64,000 bases of DNA from an uncultured virus (IMG/VR IMGVR_UViG_3300007735_000789) (lineage: Duplodnaviria; Heunggongvirae; Uroviricota; Caudoviricetes), in the IMG/VR virus record IMGVR_UViG_3300007735_000789, one strand, 5' to 3'. Positions 37,957 to 47,416 of this stretch are shown here, piece after piece. Both the position numbers and the translations under genes were made by a program. The notes below the pieces were generated by a model. The model did no database searches. It had not been told where the DNA came from and saw only the letters and a list, made by a program, of their open reading frames with translations. The stretch's first letter is position 1; every line of letters starts with the position of its first letter.

Positions 37957-38365
37957 CCTAGGAAAAACAGCTAAAAAACTCGCTGCTACCATTTTCGGAA
38001 CAGACGAGATCAAAAATCGTGTAGCCAAGAGCACAATGAAGCTCTTGTTGAGTGATATTGTCACGCTAAGTGCTGAGTTTGCGGCAGCAAAGGGCGATGG
38101 GGTTTTGTTTTTTAACCCAAGCAAGCCAAGTCAGAGTCAATATATGACTTTGAAAGACATTCAAACGGATGTAGCTCGGGCAGAAGAGTTGTGCGATGCT
38201 CCAATGGCAGAATTTCTTAAAAAACTCATGAATTTGGTACAAAAAGAAGATGTTAAGAAGAATCCCGTGATTGTTATGGCTAGTTATAGTGGCCTGACTG
38301 TACACCAAATTGATTTAGACTCTATCGACGAAAGGATTGAGCAGTTGGTAAATGCCGTTAGCTAA
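37949..38365 (+). CDS. Hypothetical protein
   Basis: 138 aa, overlapping both neighbours. Confidence 0.72.
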   Translation: MLNLGKTAKKLAATIFGTDEIKNRVAKSTMKLLLSDIVTLSAEFAAAKGDGVLFFNPSKPSQSQYMTLKDIQTDVARAEELCDAPMAEFLKKLMNLVQKEDVKKNPVIVMASYSGLTVHQIDLDSIDERIEQLVNAVS

Positions 38366-38930
38366 TGTCGATTTTGTTTCGCCTTCTGAGGTTGTTGGAA
38401 CAGCCACTTCTTTTTTTGACGGTCAAATTGAATTAGATCCGGCATCAAGCGAACACGCAAATCAATTGGTGTGCGCAGACAAATACTTTACGCACGAAAA
38501 TAATGGGCTTAATCAAGTTTGGAAAGCTAAAAACATATACTTGTACCCCCCACGGGATTTTTTGTTTGGGCATGAGCAACCCAAAGATCATAGACTTTTT
38601 TGCAGGAACAAAAGATTCGTAAAGTCCGCTCAGCGAGTATGGCTTGAGGATTGTTTACGTCGATACAGGAAAAATGAGTTTGACGAAGGTCTTGTTTTTT
38701 TAACTTCAACAGAAGTAGCTTTATTAGTGACTCAAAAACTGGATATAGATATGCCTTTGTGCATACTAAGTCAACGACCAGAACTTCATATAGACGAACC
38801 GGGGTTGCCTAAACTAACCAATGCAAAATGCTTTGGTTTTATTTTGTACTTTCCTAAGATGCACAACCCTAGAAAACGTATTGAAGAATTTTATGGATTA
38901 TTTAGTAATATCGGTCGGGTGTACTGCTGA
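38352..38930 (+). CDS. Phage Dam-like N6-adenine methyltransferase homolog with altered motif IV
   Basis: IELDPASS, YFTHENNGLNQVW; IYLYPPR where NPPY is expected. Confidence 0.7.
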   Translation: MPLANVDFVSPSEVVGTATSFFDGQIELDPASSEHANQLVCADKYFTHENNGLNQVWKAKNIYLYPPRDFLFGHEQPKDHRLFCRNKRFVKSAQRVWLEDCLRRYRKNEFDEGLVFLTSTEVALLVTQKLDIDMPLCILSQRPELHIDEPGLPKLTNAKCFGFILYFPKMHNPRKRIEEFYGLFSNIGRVYC

Positions 38931-39198
38931 GGTACTCGGGAGAACCATAACTTTCATCCGGTCCAAAGTTATCACCCACGCCAAAACCAAGTCCAACAGG
39001 GGCTTGCATAGAGGCAATTCTTAAATTGATACGATCAAGCTCTTTTTTTCTTGATGCGTCAGTCTCTCCCCAGATTTCTCCCGCTAAACGCATTGGAAAA
39101 TAACGATCAAGTCGTTTTTCGTGTTTATAAGAGGGTTTATCTATTTGATACGAAACTCGACTTTCGTGAAGAGAAGGTCGAATATGCCGATTAAACAT
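38902..39198 (-). CDS. Orphan protein with FPMRLAG motif
   Basis: 98 aa, coupled to the upstream gene. Confidence 0.7.
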   Translation of the reverse strand: MFNRHIRPSLHESRVSYQIDKPSYKHEKRLDRYFPMRLAGEIWGETDASRKKELDRINLRIASMQAPVGLGFGVGDNFGPDESYGSPEYLSSTPDRYY

Positions 39199-39910
39199 TA
39201 TATTTATAAAGACTTGCCATAGACCCTACATCAGAAGTAACCGTGGGAGGTTTAGCAGCTAACTGCATAAACGCAGGATTGGCCAAATTTGAAAATGCGG
39301 AATCACCTTTAATACTTTGGAACGCTGATATAGGAGCAGCCAAAGTACCGTACAACCTAGTAGCACCACGCTCACTGGTGCTGCCTAATGAAGAAACACC
39401 AGCTGACCCCATTCCTTGAAGATTTTGAATATATTTGTTAGACAAATCTGCAGTAGTTTTAACTCCATCAGCGCCTGCTTGATTGGTTTGTTGCATATAC
39501 TTTTGTGAAATACTTCCAAGATTTTGAGAAGCTTTAGATCCAGCTTTTTGTACTTGAGTACCAACAGTACCAAAATCACTCAGTACTCTTGTACCATAGT
39601 CTGCTATTTGATTACTTATGGCTGTATTCATTCCTGTAAAGGAAGGTGAGGCCAATAAACCCGGTGTAAAACCAGCCAATCGTTTTTGATATGCTTCAGT
39701 TACTCCAGTTATAACTGTTCCAAAATTTTTACGATATTCGGCAAGACTTTGAGGTGTAGTGCGGCCCGATAAATTTTTAATTGCATTTAAAAGATCTGCC
39801 TGTTGCTGTTGATAACCAAGTGTACTTTGTTGCGCAACAGCTGTATTAGCTCCGATTTGATTTAATCCAACAATAGCTGCAACATTTTGAGCTAACCCTT
39901 TAGATGCCAT
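39191..39910 (-). CDS. Helical Q/A/S-rich protein (candidate ejection protein)
   Basis: 239 aa; contains RLAG; TAATG-coupled to the lysin gene. Confidence 0.72.
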   Translation of the reverse strand: MASKGLAQNVAAIVGLNQIGANTAVAQQSTLGYQQQQADLLNAIKNLSGRTTPQSLAEYRKNFGTVITGVTEAYQKRLAGFTPGLLASPSFTGMNTAISNQIADYGTRVLSDFGTVGTQVQKAGSKASQNLGSISQKYMQQTNQAGADGVKTTADLSNKYIQNLQGMGSAGVSSLGSTSERGATRLYGTLAAPISAFQSIKGDSAFSNLANPAFMQLAAKPPTVTSDVGSMASLYKYNV

Positions 39911-41307
39911 TATCCGAAAACCGGAAGACCTTTCCCAATTCTATCACGAATAAAATCTTTAATCTTCATGACCTCTGCGTCTGCTGAAGTAGAACCAGGA
40001 TTAAAGAAATCCATAGAGATATGAGCCCCAGTGGTGGATCCAGTCCGACCTTGAGTTCCTAGATATGTACCCGGATTTACTATATCGCCTGGCTTAATAT
40101 TAGGATTTAGTTGATCGAAATGAGCAACCAAGGTATCTACTACTTTTCCTTCAGGTGTTTTAAATCTAAGCTCAACATTATTTCCATAACCACGAGCGGT
40201 AGCTCCTTTCTCTAAGTTAAATTCTCTAGGGTCTTTAGTTACTTTTAAAACTTCTGCTTGAAAAGGGGACACAAACTTAGCTCCTCTCTTACCTCCCTCA
40301 ATAACAAAATCCATACCTTTCCCGCCAGTATCGTTCGGGTTTGTTATAGAGACTCCTGTGTAGGCAACACCTTGTGTCGGTTTTGCTGCGGTTTGAGCAT
40401 TCTGAATGGCTTGCTGAGCCCCTTGCGTCCCACGAACGCTATTAATAAATGCTTCAAGCTGAGAAGCATTTTCGTTATATCCCGCTTCTTGTTGCTTTAG
40501 TTTAGCAACAGTATTTAAAATATCTGCGGGGTTAAGCCCAGCAGGAGACGAGGAGAGCATTGCACTCATTGCTTTAGACTTATATTCTTCCGCTTTAAGT
40601 TGATCTATTGGATCATCACTTTCATCTAGTGCCGCAGCAGCATCATTAAGAGCAACTGCGTTATACAAAGACTGATCGCTGCCCGCAGGGGACATAGCAC
40701 TGTTTAAAATATTTCCTATAAGGGCTTGTTCAATTCGTCCATTTAAATTGAAATCAGGAAGTTTAAATTGTCCCGGAACTTCACTTGTTGTTTGACCTCC
40801 AGCAAAACGAGTAACTTCGCCTTGCCTAGGGAAGTTATAACGAGGAGTTTCAATAGCTTTTTGAATCTTATCGAAAGAAACTACGGGTTGACCATAATAA
40901 CTTTTCCCAGCCAAAGTAGGAAACGATGCCCATTCAGGAGCTAACTTGGCGACGTTTTGAGGATTAAATGGTGCCGAATACGGGTCAACACCACGCTGCT
41001 TCATAAGTTGGACAGCCGCTAAGTCTTGAGCCGCTGGTCCAAAATCTTTAAGTCCAAGTTTTGCTGCTGTACCTTTCCAAGTATCAGGCATGAACTGATA
41101 CCTGCCAGCTGCCGCACTAGAATATCCCCCACCGGAAATAACTCGATCTGGGTGACGACTCAGATCTTTAAAAGTACCACCGCCAAAAATAACGTTGTAG
41201 CCGTTATCTCCCGTCAGGTTACGGTCAGTTCCTTCGGCGTACGCAATAGCGTCCAGCCACTTGCGGGCGTTGGGATCAGTTATCGGAGAGGGCATTGTCA
41301 TCCTCAA
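39910..41307 (-). CDS. Virion-associated peptidoglycan hydrolase: lambda-R-like muramidase plus degenerate M23 domain
   Basis: LDAIAYAEGT, SSAAAGRYQF, EWASFP; GYGNNV, AHFD, QGRTGSTTGAHIS. Confidence 0.85.
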   Translation of the reverse strand: MRMTMPSPITDPNARKWLDAIAYAEGTDRNLTGDNGYNVIFGGGTFKDLSRHPDRVISGGGYSSAAAGRYQFMPDTWKGTAAKLGLKDFGPAAQDLAAVQLMKQRGVDPYSAPFNPQNVAKLAPEWASFPTLAGKSYYGQPVVSFDKIQKAIETPRYNFPRQGEVTRFAGGQTTSEVPGQFKLPDFNLNGRIEQALIGNILNSAMSPAGSDQSLYNAVALNDAAAALDESDDPIDQLKAEEYKSKAMSAMLSSSPAGLNPADILNTVAKLKQQEAGYNENASQLEAFINSVRGTQGAQQAIQNAQTAAKPTQGVAYTGVSITNPNDTGGKGMDFVIEGGKRGAKFVSPFQAEVLKVTKDPREFNLEKGATARGYGNNVELRFKTPEGKVVDTLVAHFDQLNPNIKPGDIVNPGTYLGTQGRTGSTTGAHISMDFFNPGSTSADAEVMKIKDFIRDRIGKGLPVFG

Positions 41308-41530
41308 ATAGAGCTACGTTAGTGTCCACGGAAATGCCTACCTCGTCCATCACAGCACGATAAGCTCGTTCGCGGCAGATCAAGCGGTACACAATAGTCC
41401 ACAGAAACTGGTCACGGTCCTTGTTTTGCAAGGAGTGTGCCTTGTTCCTAATTCTAGTTAAAGTAAAGTCATCTTCCAACGTAAGTCCGCACTGTAAATT
41501 GCTTGGATCGTCCTGGTACTGAACTCCCAC
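41276..41530 (-). CDS. nblA: NblA-like protein (copy 2); start uncertain (GTG 41530 or TTG 41578)
   Basis: LTLEDDFTLTRIRNKAHSL...DQFLWTIVYRLICRERAYRAVM resembles NblA LSLEQxF...FL...RE.xY. Confidence 0.6.
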   Translation of the reverse strand: MGVQYQDDPSNLQCGLTLEDDFTLTRIRNKAHSLQNKDRDQFLWTIVYRLICRERAYRAVMDEVGISVDTNVALFEDDNALSDN

Positions 41531-41755
41531 CGGTTTACTACAGCTGCCCCCATTGTAGCCAGTAAGTAAACCCAGCAATACGTTTACATACAGTTCACTA
41601 TACGCACATAAGTAGTAAGCATTTACAGAATTATAAAATATTAAAAATTAATTTATTGGAAATCTAAAGAAGAAGTGAGTTGTACTTAAGTGTATTGCGC
41701 TCATAAAAACTATAGCTAGCATATGTTTGCCTACAATCTCCGCCATACCTGGTAG

Positions 41756-42022
41756 ATGGAACCGAAAACTCTTTTGACGATTGCCGAAACGGCGAAATTA
41801 CTTAACTGCTCTAGTGGATTCGTGCGCAAGCGTATTGCGTTGTCTGAGGGAAATCAGCCTGGTGGTTGGCCTAAGTCCCTTTATATCAACCTCCAACCAA
41901 ACGGAGCAAAGTCTCTATTCCGCGTGGATAAAGAAGCTTTGCAAAATTTTCTTCGGGTTGCCGATGAGGAAGCTAGCATAGAGGAGCAGAACATCGAGGC
42001 TAGTAGCGCCTGCTCGCTTTGA
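41756..42022 (+). CDS. Excisionase-like HTH DNA-binding protein
   Basis: LLTIAETAKLLNCSSGFVRKRI. Confidence 0.8.
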   Translation: MEPKTLLTIAETAKLLNCSSGFVRKRIALSEGNQPGGWPKSLYINLQPNGAKSLFRVDKEALQNFLRVADEEASIEEQNIEASSACSL

Positions 42023-42023
42023 T

Positions 42024-42566
42024 ATGACTTACTCGGACTCTTTTACCATGAATCAATTTTCTCCCACGGTTGCTACGGAGTCCGAGCCAGTTATTGTTCA
42101 ACAAATGGAGGAAAGCGGCGAGACCGTACAAGGTCTAGTTGAAAATTTAATTGACTATGCTTCTTTCCTTCATCAACTATATGCTCAAGCACATTTAATT
42201 CACTTAAACATAGAAGGACCTTTGTTCTTCCCGCTTCACGCATTTTTAAAAGATCAGTATGAAGCTCACATTACGCAGTTTGACACTATAGGTGAATTTG
42301 TACGTAGTTTGGATTATCTAGTTCCCTTGTGCCAAAAATGTTTACTGCAAGCACACAAAAGTTTTAAACACGTAAAAGATTACGACACTCGGAATATGCT
42401 TACTACTTATTTAAAGAATATAGAAGATGCCGGTATGCAAGCCAAGACTGTTTCTAAGTACGCAGAAGACATAGAAGCCGTTGATGTTCAAAATTATTTG
42501 GCAGACGTTGCTGGAGCTATGTTTAAAGCTGCTTGGATGCTTAAAGCCACGTTGCGGTCTAAGTAA
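42024..42566 (+). CDS. dps: Dps / ferritin-like DNA-protecting protein
   Basis: AHLIHLNIEGPLFFPLHAFL..QYE...FDTIGE; KAAWML. Confidence 0.88.
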   Translation: MTYSDSFTMNQFSPTVATESEPVIVQQMEESGETVQGLVENLIDYASFLHQLYAQAHLIHLNIEGPLFFPLHAFLKDQYEAHITQFDTIGEFVRSLDYLVPLCQKCLLQAHKSFKHVKDYDTRNMLTTYLKNIEDAGMQAKTVSKYAEDIEAVDVQNYLADVAGAMFKAAWMLKATLRSK

Positions 42567-43146
42567 AGGCCCATCCATTAAGTACTCGGATATACAATCC
42601 GCTTGGAGCTGTTCCAGAACTTTGGATTTGATAAACCAAAGAACCTGAAGGGTACGTCAAAGGGGCAGGTAACCCGCTAGTAACAACAGCTGCCACAGCC
42701 TTACCGACAGCAGTCACAACACCGCTGGCTAATATAGCTCCACTGGCCAGTAAAGCTGTATCCGCAAAAGAGCTTATGGTGCCGCTAGCTATAATACAAG
42801 AATTTGCTGTATTTGCATGTTCCGCTGTGTCAGCAAAACTGGCATAGATCTTTTGCCACGCGGAACCGGTCCAAACTTTTAAGTAATACGCCGAACTGTT
42901 GGAGTCTACCCACAGTTCACCTCGGGAATTACCCGGAAGACCAACTGGAGTGGAGTTAGGTGCGGTCGTACCGTATCCTGGAGGACCTAGTTTGCGTATA
43001 CCGCCAGCAGAATCCTCAAAGTACAAACCGGGATCAGCCGCACCAAAACTTAGTGCAAGCTCACCGTTAACTACAACAGTACCGCTAGGTCTATCGGATG
43101 AGTTCCCTGAACGTTTTAGTAGGGAAATTACGGGAGTGGATGTCAT
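42559..43146 (-). CDS. Tail fibre-like structural protein
   Basis: LLKRSGNSSDRP...NGELAL fibre N-terminus; GELWVD...LKVWTG. Confidence 0.75.
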   Translation of the reverse strand: MTSTPVISLLKRSGNSSDRPSGTVVVNGELALSFGAADPGLYFEDSAGGIRKLGPPGYGTTAPNSTPVGLPGNSRGELWVDSNSSAYYLKVWTGSAWQKIYASFADTAEHANTANSCIIASGTISSFADTALLASGAILASGVVTAVGKAVAAVVTSGLPAPLTYPSGSLVYQIQSSGTAPSGLYIRVLNGWAFT

Positions 43147-43147
43147 A

Positions 43148-44686
43148 CTAGTAAGTGCCTCCGTTTATAAATGCAGGGTAGGTAGCAGGAGGTATTAGCT
43201 CCCCATTACTATACAAGCCCCCGTCTAAAATTGTAGTTGGCTGAATAACCAATTCCCCGTTAGCATAAGTTCCGCCGTCATACGTGTCTTGAGGTAACCC
43301 AGCTGGATTCAATGGGTCAAACTGATCTATCGTATACATTTGAAAATTAGTATCTTGCAACTCTGTAAGATCTTCTAATTGCCCAAAATTCAAAGTTTTA
43401 GCAACCATATTGTATGTATCGGAATACAACAGGCGCCTAGGCAAATCACTCAAAGTAGGGCTGTATTTTTGCCACCACGCGAAATCTTTATTTCGTTTAA
43501 GAAAATCTGTTTGTTTAATTAGATCTTTTTCAAATTTTTCTCGATAATACTCATTCATAGGTTCATCATTAGGTTGAGGTAGATAATATGATGTGGATCC
43601 TTCTAAACCATATTTTCTGTATAAATCCCAAAAAGCTGCATAAATGTGTTTGCACCATTTAGGTTGGAAGTAAAAGAGTTGCGGATCTGAATATAGAGCA
43701 GTATCGGAATACGTAGCAAGGTTATAAATTTCATTAAGATAAATAAAACCAAAAGTTCTTGCGTATCCGGGGTAGTCGCTAGAAGTGGAAACACGAGTAT
43801 CCGCAGAAGACCCTGCATCATAATAACCTGCATCAATATTCTGTACTCGGGTAAACGGATATCGTTGTTTTATTGAAGTGTCGTATAAATTAAATCCTTC
43901 TCTATTAAGAAAATCTTGGCACGAACATTGTACGCGAATTTCTGTTGTTAAAAATTCTCCGATAGCAGGAGGCCCAGTGGCCGGAACAGCCATAGTATTT
44001 GCATCAACCACGGTCCAACTTGTGTTTGCAGCTACGGACAAAAACAAGGTATTAAATATTGGATTTATACTTGGCTCTACTATGACTCCATCCGTACCAA
44101 CACCGATTACTGTGTAATTGTTATAACCATAGGTTTTTGAAGTACCATCTGAATTAAACCTATTTGATAAAACTTCCCCGTGGAAGTATGAGATAGGTGA
44201 TCCAAAATTTTGACTAAGCTTTACAGCGTATGTTGTTTCATCGTAAAGAGTTACTTCTGCAACAGAAATACCAAAGTCAAGAAAGTTAAATGTATCCCTG
44301 GGCCGAATACCAACCATGTGCATTCGGGTGTCTGCACGAGTGGTGGGGTAGACAAAAAATATTCCAGGGATGTACCCGCCAACTCCGGCAGTGCCTGATA
44401 CGTAATATTTAAATGAAGAATAGACTAAACCGCTATTAGCACCCTGGGTGTACATACTAAGCTCATAACCACGACGCCAACGAGACCAAACGGAGGCGTA
44501 GTTATAATCGCTAAGAATACCAAAGTCTTTTGTGCCTACAGCGGGCCTAAACCTTCTCTCAAAAGGTAAAGGTCTCAGAAGCTGATTAGGGTCGTCAGAA
44601 CCTTTAATAGACCCTACTGGCTTGACAGACTCTATTCCTATTTTGTTTTTAAAATTAAAGTTATCTGATCCTTTTTTACGGGACAC
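43148..44686 (-). CDS. Structural-module protein with a split SWIM-type Zn finger
   Basis: CSCQDF...WCKHI; C-terminal DGGxY repeats. Confidence 0.7.
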   Translation of the reverse strand: MSRKKGSDNFNFKNKIGIESVKPVGSIKGSDDPNQLLRPLPFERRFRPAVGTKDFGILSDYNYASVWSRWRRGYELSMYTQGANSGLVYSSFKYYVSGTAGVGGYIPGIFFVYPTTRADTRMHMVGIRPRDTFNFLDFGISVAEVTLYDETTYAVKLSQNFGSPISYFHGEVLSNRFNSDGTSKTYGYNNYTVIGVGTDGVIVEPSINPIFNTLFLSVAANTSWTVVDANTMAVPATGPPAIGEFLTTEIRVQCSCQDFLNREGFNLYDTSIKQRYPFTRVQNIDAGYYDAGSSADTRVSTSSDYPGYARTFGFIYLNEIYNLATYSDTALYSDPQLFYFQPKWCKHIYAAFWDLYRKYGLEGSTSYYLPQPNDEPMNEYYREKFEKDLIKQTDFLKRNKDFAWWQKYSPTLSDLPRRLLYSDTYNMVAKTLNFGQLEDLTELQDTNFQMYTIDQFDPLNPAGLPQDTYDGGTYANGELVIQPTTILDGGLYSNGELIPPATYPAFINGGTY

Positions 44687-44689
44687 GAC

Positions 44690-45244
44690 TTAATAGAAGC
44701 CACCCTGAGCCCAGATAGTAATACCAGAAGGACTTAAGCCACCAGACACAGAGGAAGGTCCGTTCCCAAGATAACCAGCACAAAGTATGTAACCTTTCTC
44801 AAGATAAAGCCCTTCGCCCTTCCCTGTTTCAATGGGACGGAGTAAATTAGTATCGCCCACGGAGGGAACAGGCGCCAAGACAGCAGGCAACTCTAAATGT
44901 TGAATCATGCCTTCAGTGCCGCCACTGAGACCGACTTCAACTTTAGAAATTAATAGTGCAGTAGATGTTGAAGGCGAAGCTTGGTTAGGGGCGTACACAT
45001 AGAACCCGAGCGCGCATGTACGAATACCGCTGCGGTTTGGATACCCTTCATTACTAACAACAAAAATATCTTCAACAAGACCAGCATCTTCTGTGGGTAA
45101 ATCCCCCACACGTACTAATTGAACGAGATCACTAAAGGCGGGGTTTGTGGGACTGACAACAGTAGTTCCGTTACTGATCCGTGCCCCACGCAGAAAAGGA
45201 CGGTCAATAAGGCAAGGTGATTTATTAGTACTAGTACTTGCCAT
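44690..45244 (-). CDS. Putative structural protein
   Basis: 184 aa, beta-rich, ends QGGFY. Confidence 0.7.
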   Translation of the reverse strand: MASTSTNKSPCLIDRPFLRGARISNGTTVVSPTNPAFSDLVQLVRVGDLPTEDAGLVEDIFVVSNEGYPNRSGIRTCALGFYVYAPNQASPSTSTALLISKVEVGLSGGTEGMIQHLELPAVLAPVPSVGDTNLLRPIETGKGEGLYLEKGYILCAGYLGNGPSSVSGGLSPSGITIWAQGGFY

Positions 45245-45257
45245 TTAAGTCTCCTGT

Positions 45258-45647
45258 TTAACCGAACGGATTTGCTGTTCCCCTACTATAGCTGGAATAA
45301 TTATTGGTAATCGCTTTAATGAGACGTGTAACGTCCGAAGTAGACTTGCTGCTATCATCAAACCCAAACAAATCTGATGTTTTATTGGGGTCGGATGTAT
45401 TAAAGTAATCAGCCAAACGGGCCCCAGCAAGACGAGAAAATTTTGGAGTACCTGTTAAAACATCCCCTGCTATACCAGCACCAATCCCAAGAATTTTGGC
45501 AATATCAGAAAAACCAAAACCTTTTTGAGGGTTGGATTGGATCGCATCCATGGAGTACGCAGAGGTATCAAGACCAGGTATACCCTTTCCGTAGGGATCA
45601 TACCCGGTCATATCCACGTCGGACATATTGAAAGAAGAGAGCGACAT
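45258..45647 (-). CDS. Orphan protein with glycine-zipper helix and RLAG motif
   Basis: ILGIGAGIAG; SRLAGARL. Confidence 0.7.
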   Translation of the reverse strand: MSLSSFNMSDVDMTGYDPYGKGIPGLDTSAYSMDAIQSNPQKGFGFSDIAKILGIGAGIAGDVLTGTPKFSRLAGARLADYFNTSDPNKTSDLFGFDDSSKSTSDVTRLIKAITNNYSSYSRGTANPFG

Positions 45648-45649
45648 GA

Positions 45650-47380
45650 TCAGCCTCCAATAATCGAGCTTGTTTGGAACTGACCCAGTTTAAGCTCCAT
45701 GGCACGACGCAACATAGCGTCAGAAATCTTAGCGGTGTCGTACTCCCTAGCAGGAGCTTGATCCATATACTGACGATCCGTCATAAGAGTCGGTTGCTCC
45801 ATAGGTTGCGTGGCGTTGGTTAGTTCGTCAGCACCTTGAGAAGGGGCAACAGCGGATTCAGCCTTAAAATGACTATTTGCTGTAGCATTATTGGCTAAAT
45901 TAGAACCTAAAGATGCGTTTATCATCGAGCCTTGAACATTACCTAAAGACTGCTGACTTACATCAGCCGGTGCTAAATCACTAGGAGACGGGAAAGAGTC
46001 ACGAAGTTGAAGATTGCTGGCTTTAGCAGCAGTAGCCTGTTGTTGTTCAAACAACCGCATTGCAAGCGCAGGATTTTGAACAGCCCATTGCCTTAGAGGA
46101 GCTTTATCAGGCGCATTGTACCCAAGCTCATTGATGATCTCACCGATATTAGCCCGAGCTTTAAGACTTTCTTGTGCGTATTGAGCTTGGAGTGCTGAGG
46201 GCTTAGAAGCTCTGGTGTCTTGCGTTCCTTGCCCACGCGCATACTGTTGTATTTGCTCACGAACGGCACTGTCTCGTGCGCCACCTCCCATAATCTTGAC
46301 AGGACCCGCTGAAGGATCTAAATAGGAAGAGTCCTCGCGATAATTTTCGGGTAGAGGCGTGGAATACAGACGATCGTCATAAACCGATGTCTTGGAAGCC
46401 GGAACATTGGGCTCAGGAGGGGCTGCCGTTGTAGTTTCACCCAGCGAAGGTTCACCCTGGTTAAACCGAGAACCAACGGCAAGACCTGCGGCAGCTCCAC
46501 CACCAAGTACAGCCGCCAAGGCTCCTAAATTACCTGTCCGTACGCCGCCAACAGCATTAAGAAGATCCGGAGACACTGTTCGTGATTCAACATCGATATA
46601 AAAATTGTTATCGGGTATAAGAACATTTTTATTGGCTAGCTCTCCGCCAGGAGACTGCATTAAACGTCCACCTGGAACGTTTGCTGCCGTAGTCGGAGGC
46701 ACTTCTCCGTTTCCGCCACCAAAACGGGAAGACAATGAACGCAAATCTTGTTGTGCAATAGCAGCTTCAGGAGACCGAACAAGTGCCCCAGGACCTGCTC
46801 CTTCAAGACGAGCAAGATAATTAGTACCTTCTCCACCCATCATCCCACGGAGGACTTCTTCACGAGGAACTCCGTAGTAACTTGAAGCTCGATCTGCTAA
46901 CTGAAGCATCGAGGAGGCTGTACCAGGATCTCTGGCTTGCAGTTGGCTAAAAGTTTCTAAAGAAGCTGGAAGTTGGCGGCGAGGAAAGGAAAACTGAGGC
47001 TCAGGAGCTGGTCGTAGAGTTTCAGGAGCTCGTTTAATTGTACCTGGACGGGCAAGAGGAATATCTTGAAAAATTTCCATCTGCCTCTGCCCTTCGGGTC
47101 GGGCGGGACGAGTACCGCCGACAGAAACCCGAAGACGAGCCGGAGGGACTATTTCTTCACTACGAATAAAAGGTGTTCTGTTTCCAGTAAAGTTTTGAGT
47201 GTTGCCTAAAGCGTTGCCTGCTTTAGGTTTAGTAAAGAGACTTCCTTGCCTATAAGTAGTGGGGCTCTCCGTTCTTTTTAAAATTCCACTTTCAACTAAA
47301 CCATGTCCAAAAATACGAAGCACATCTTCCAATCCTTTACCGGTACCGGATAAAAGACGTTGTACATTTTGTGGATTCAC
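45650..47380 (-). CDS. Large low-complexity orphan (candidate internal/ejection protein)
   Basis: 576 aa; central hydrophobic GALAAVLGGGAAAGLAVG segment. Confidence 0.75.
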   Translation of the reverse strand: MNPQNVQRLLSGTGKGLEDVLRIFGHGLVESGILKRTESPTTYRQGSLFTKPKAGNALGNTQNFTGNRTPFIRSEEIVPPARLRVSVGGTRPARPEGQRQMEIFQDIPLARPGTIKRAPETLRPAPEPQFSFPRRQLPASLETFSQLQARDPGTASSMLQLADRASSYYGVPREEVLRGMMGGEGTNYLARLEGAGPGALVRSPEAAIAQQDLRSLSSRFGGGNGEVPPTTAANVPGGRLMQSPGGELANKNVLIPDNNFYIDVESRTVSPDLLNAVGGVRTGNLGALAAVLGGGAAAGLAVGSRFNQGEPSLGETTTAAPPEPNVPASKTSVYDDRLYSTPLPENYREDSSYLDPSAGPVKIMGGGARDSAVREQIQQYARGQGTQDTRASKPSALQAQYAQESLKARANIGEIINELGYNAPDKAPLRQWAVQNPALAMRLFEQQQATAAKASNLQLRDSFPSPSDLAPADVSQQSLGNVQGSMINASLGSNLANNATANSHFKAESAVAPSQGADELTNATQPMEQPTLMTDRQYMDQAPAREYDTAKISDAMLRRAMELKLGQFQTSSIIGG

Positions 47381-47416
47381 GTCAACACGGTTAGATTTCT
47401 GCTATTAATATAGCTC

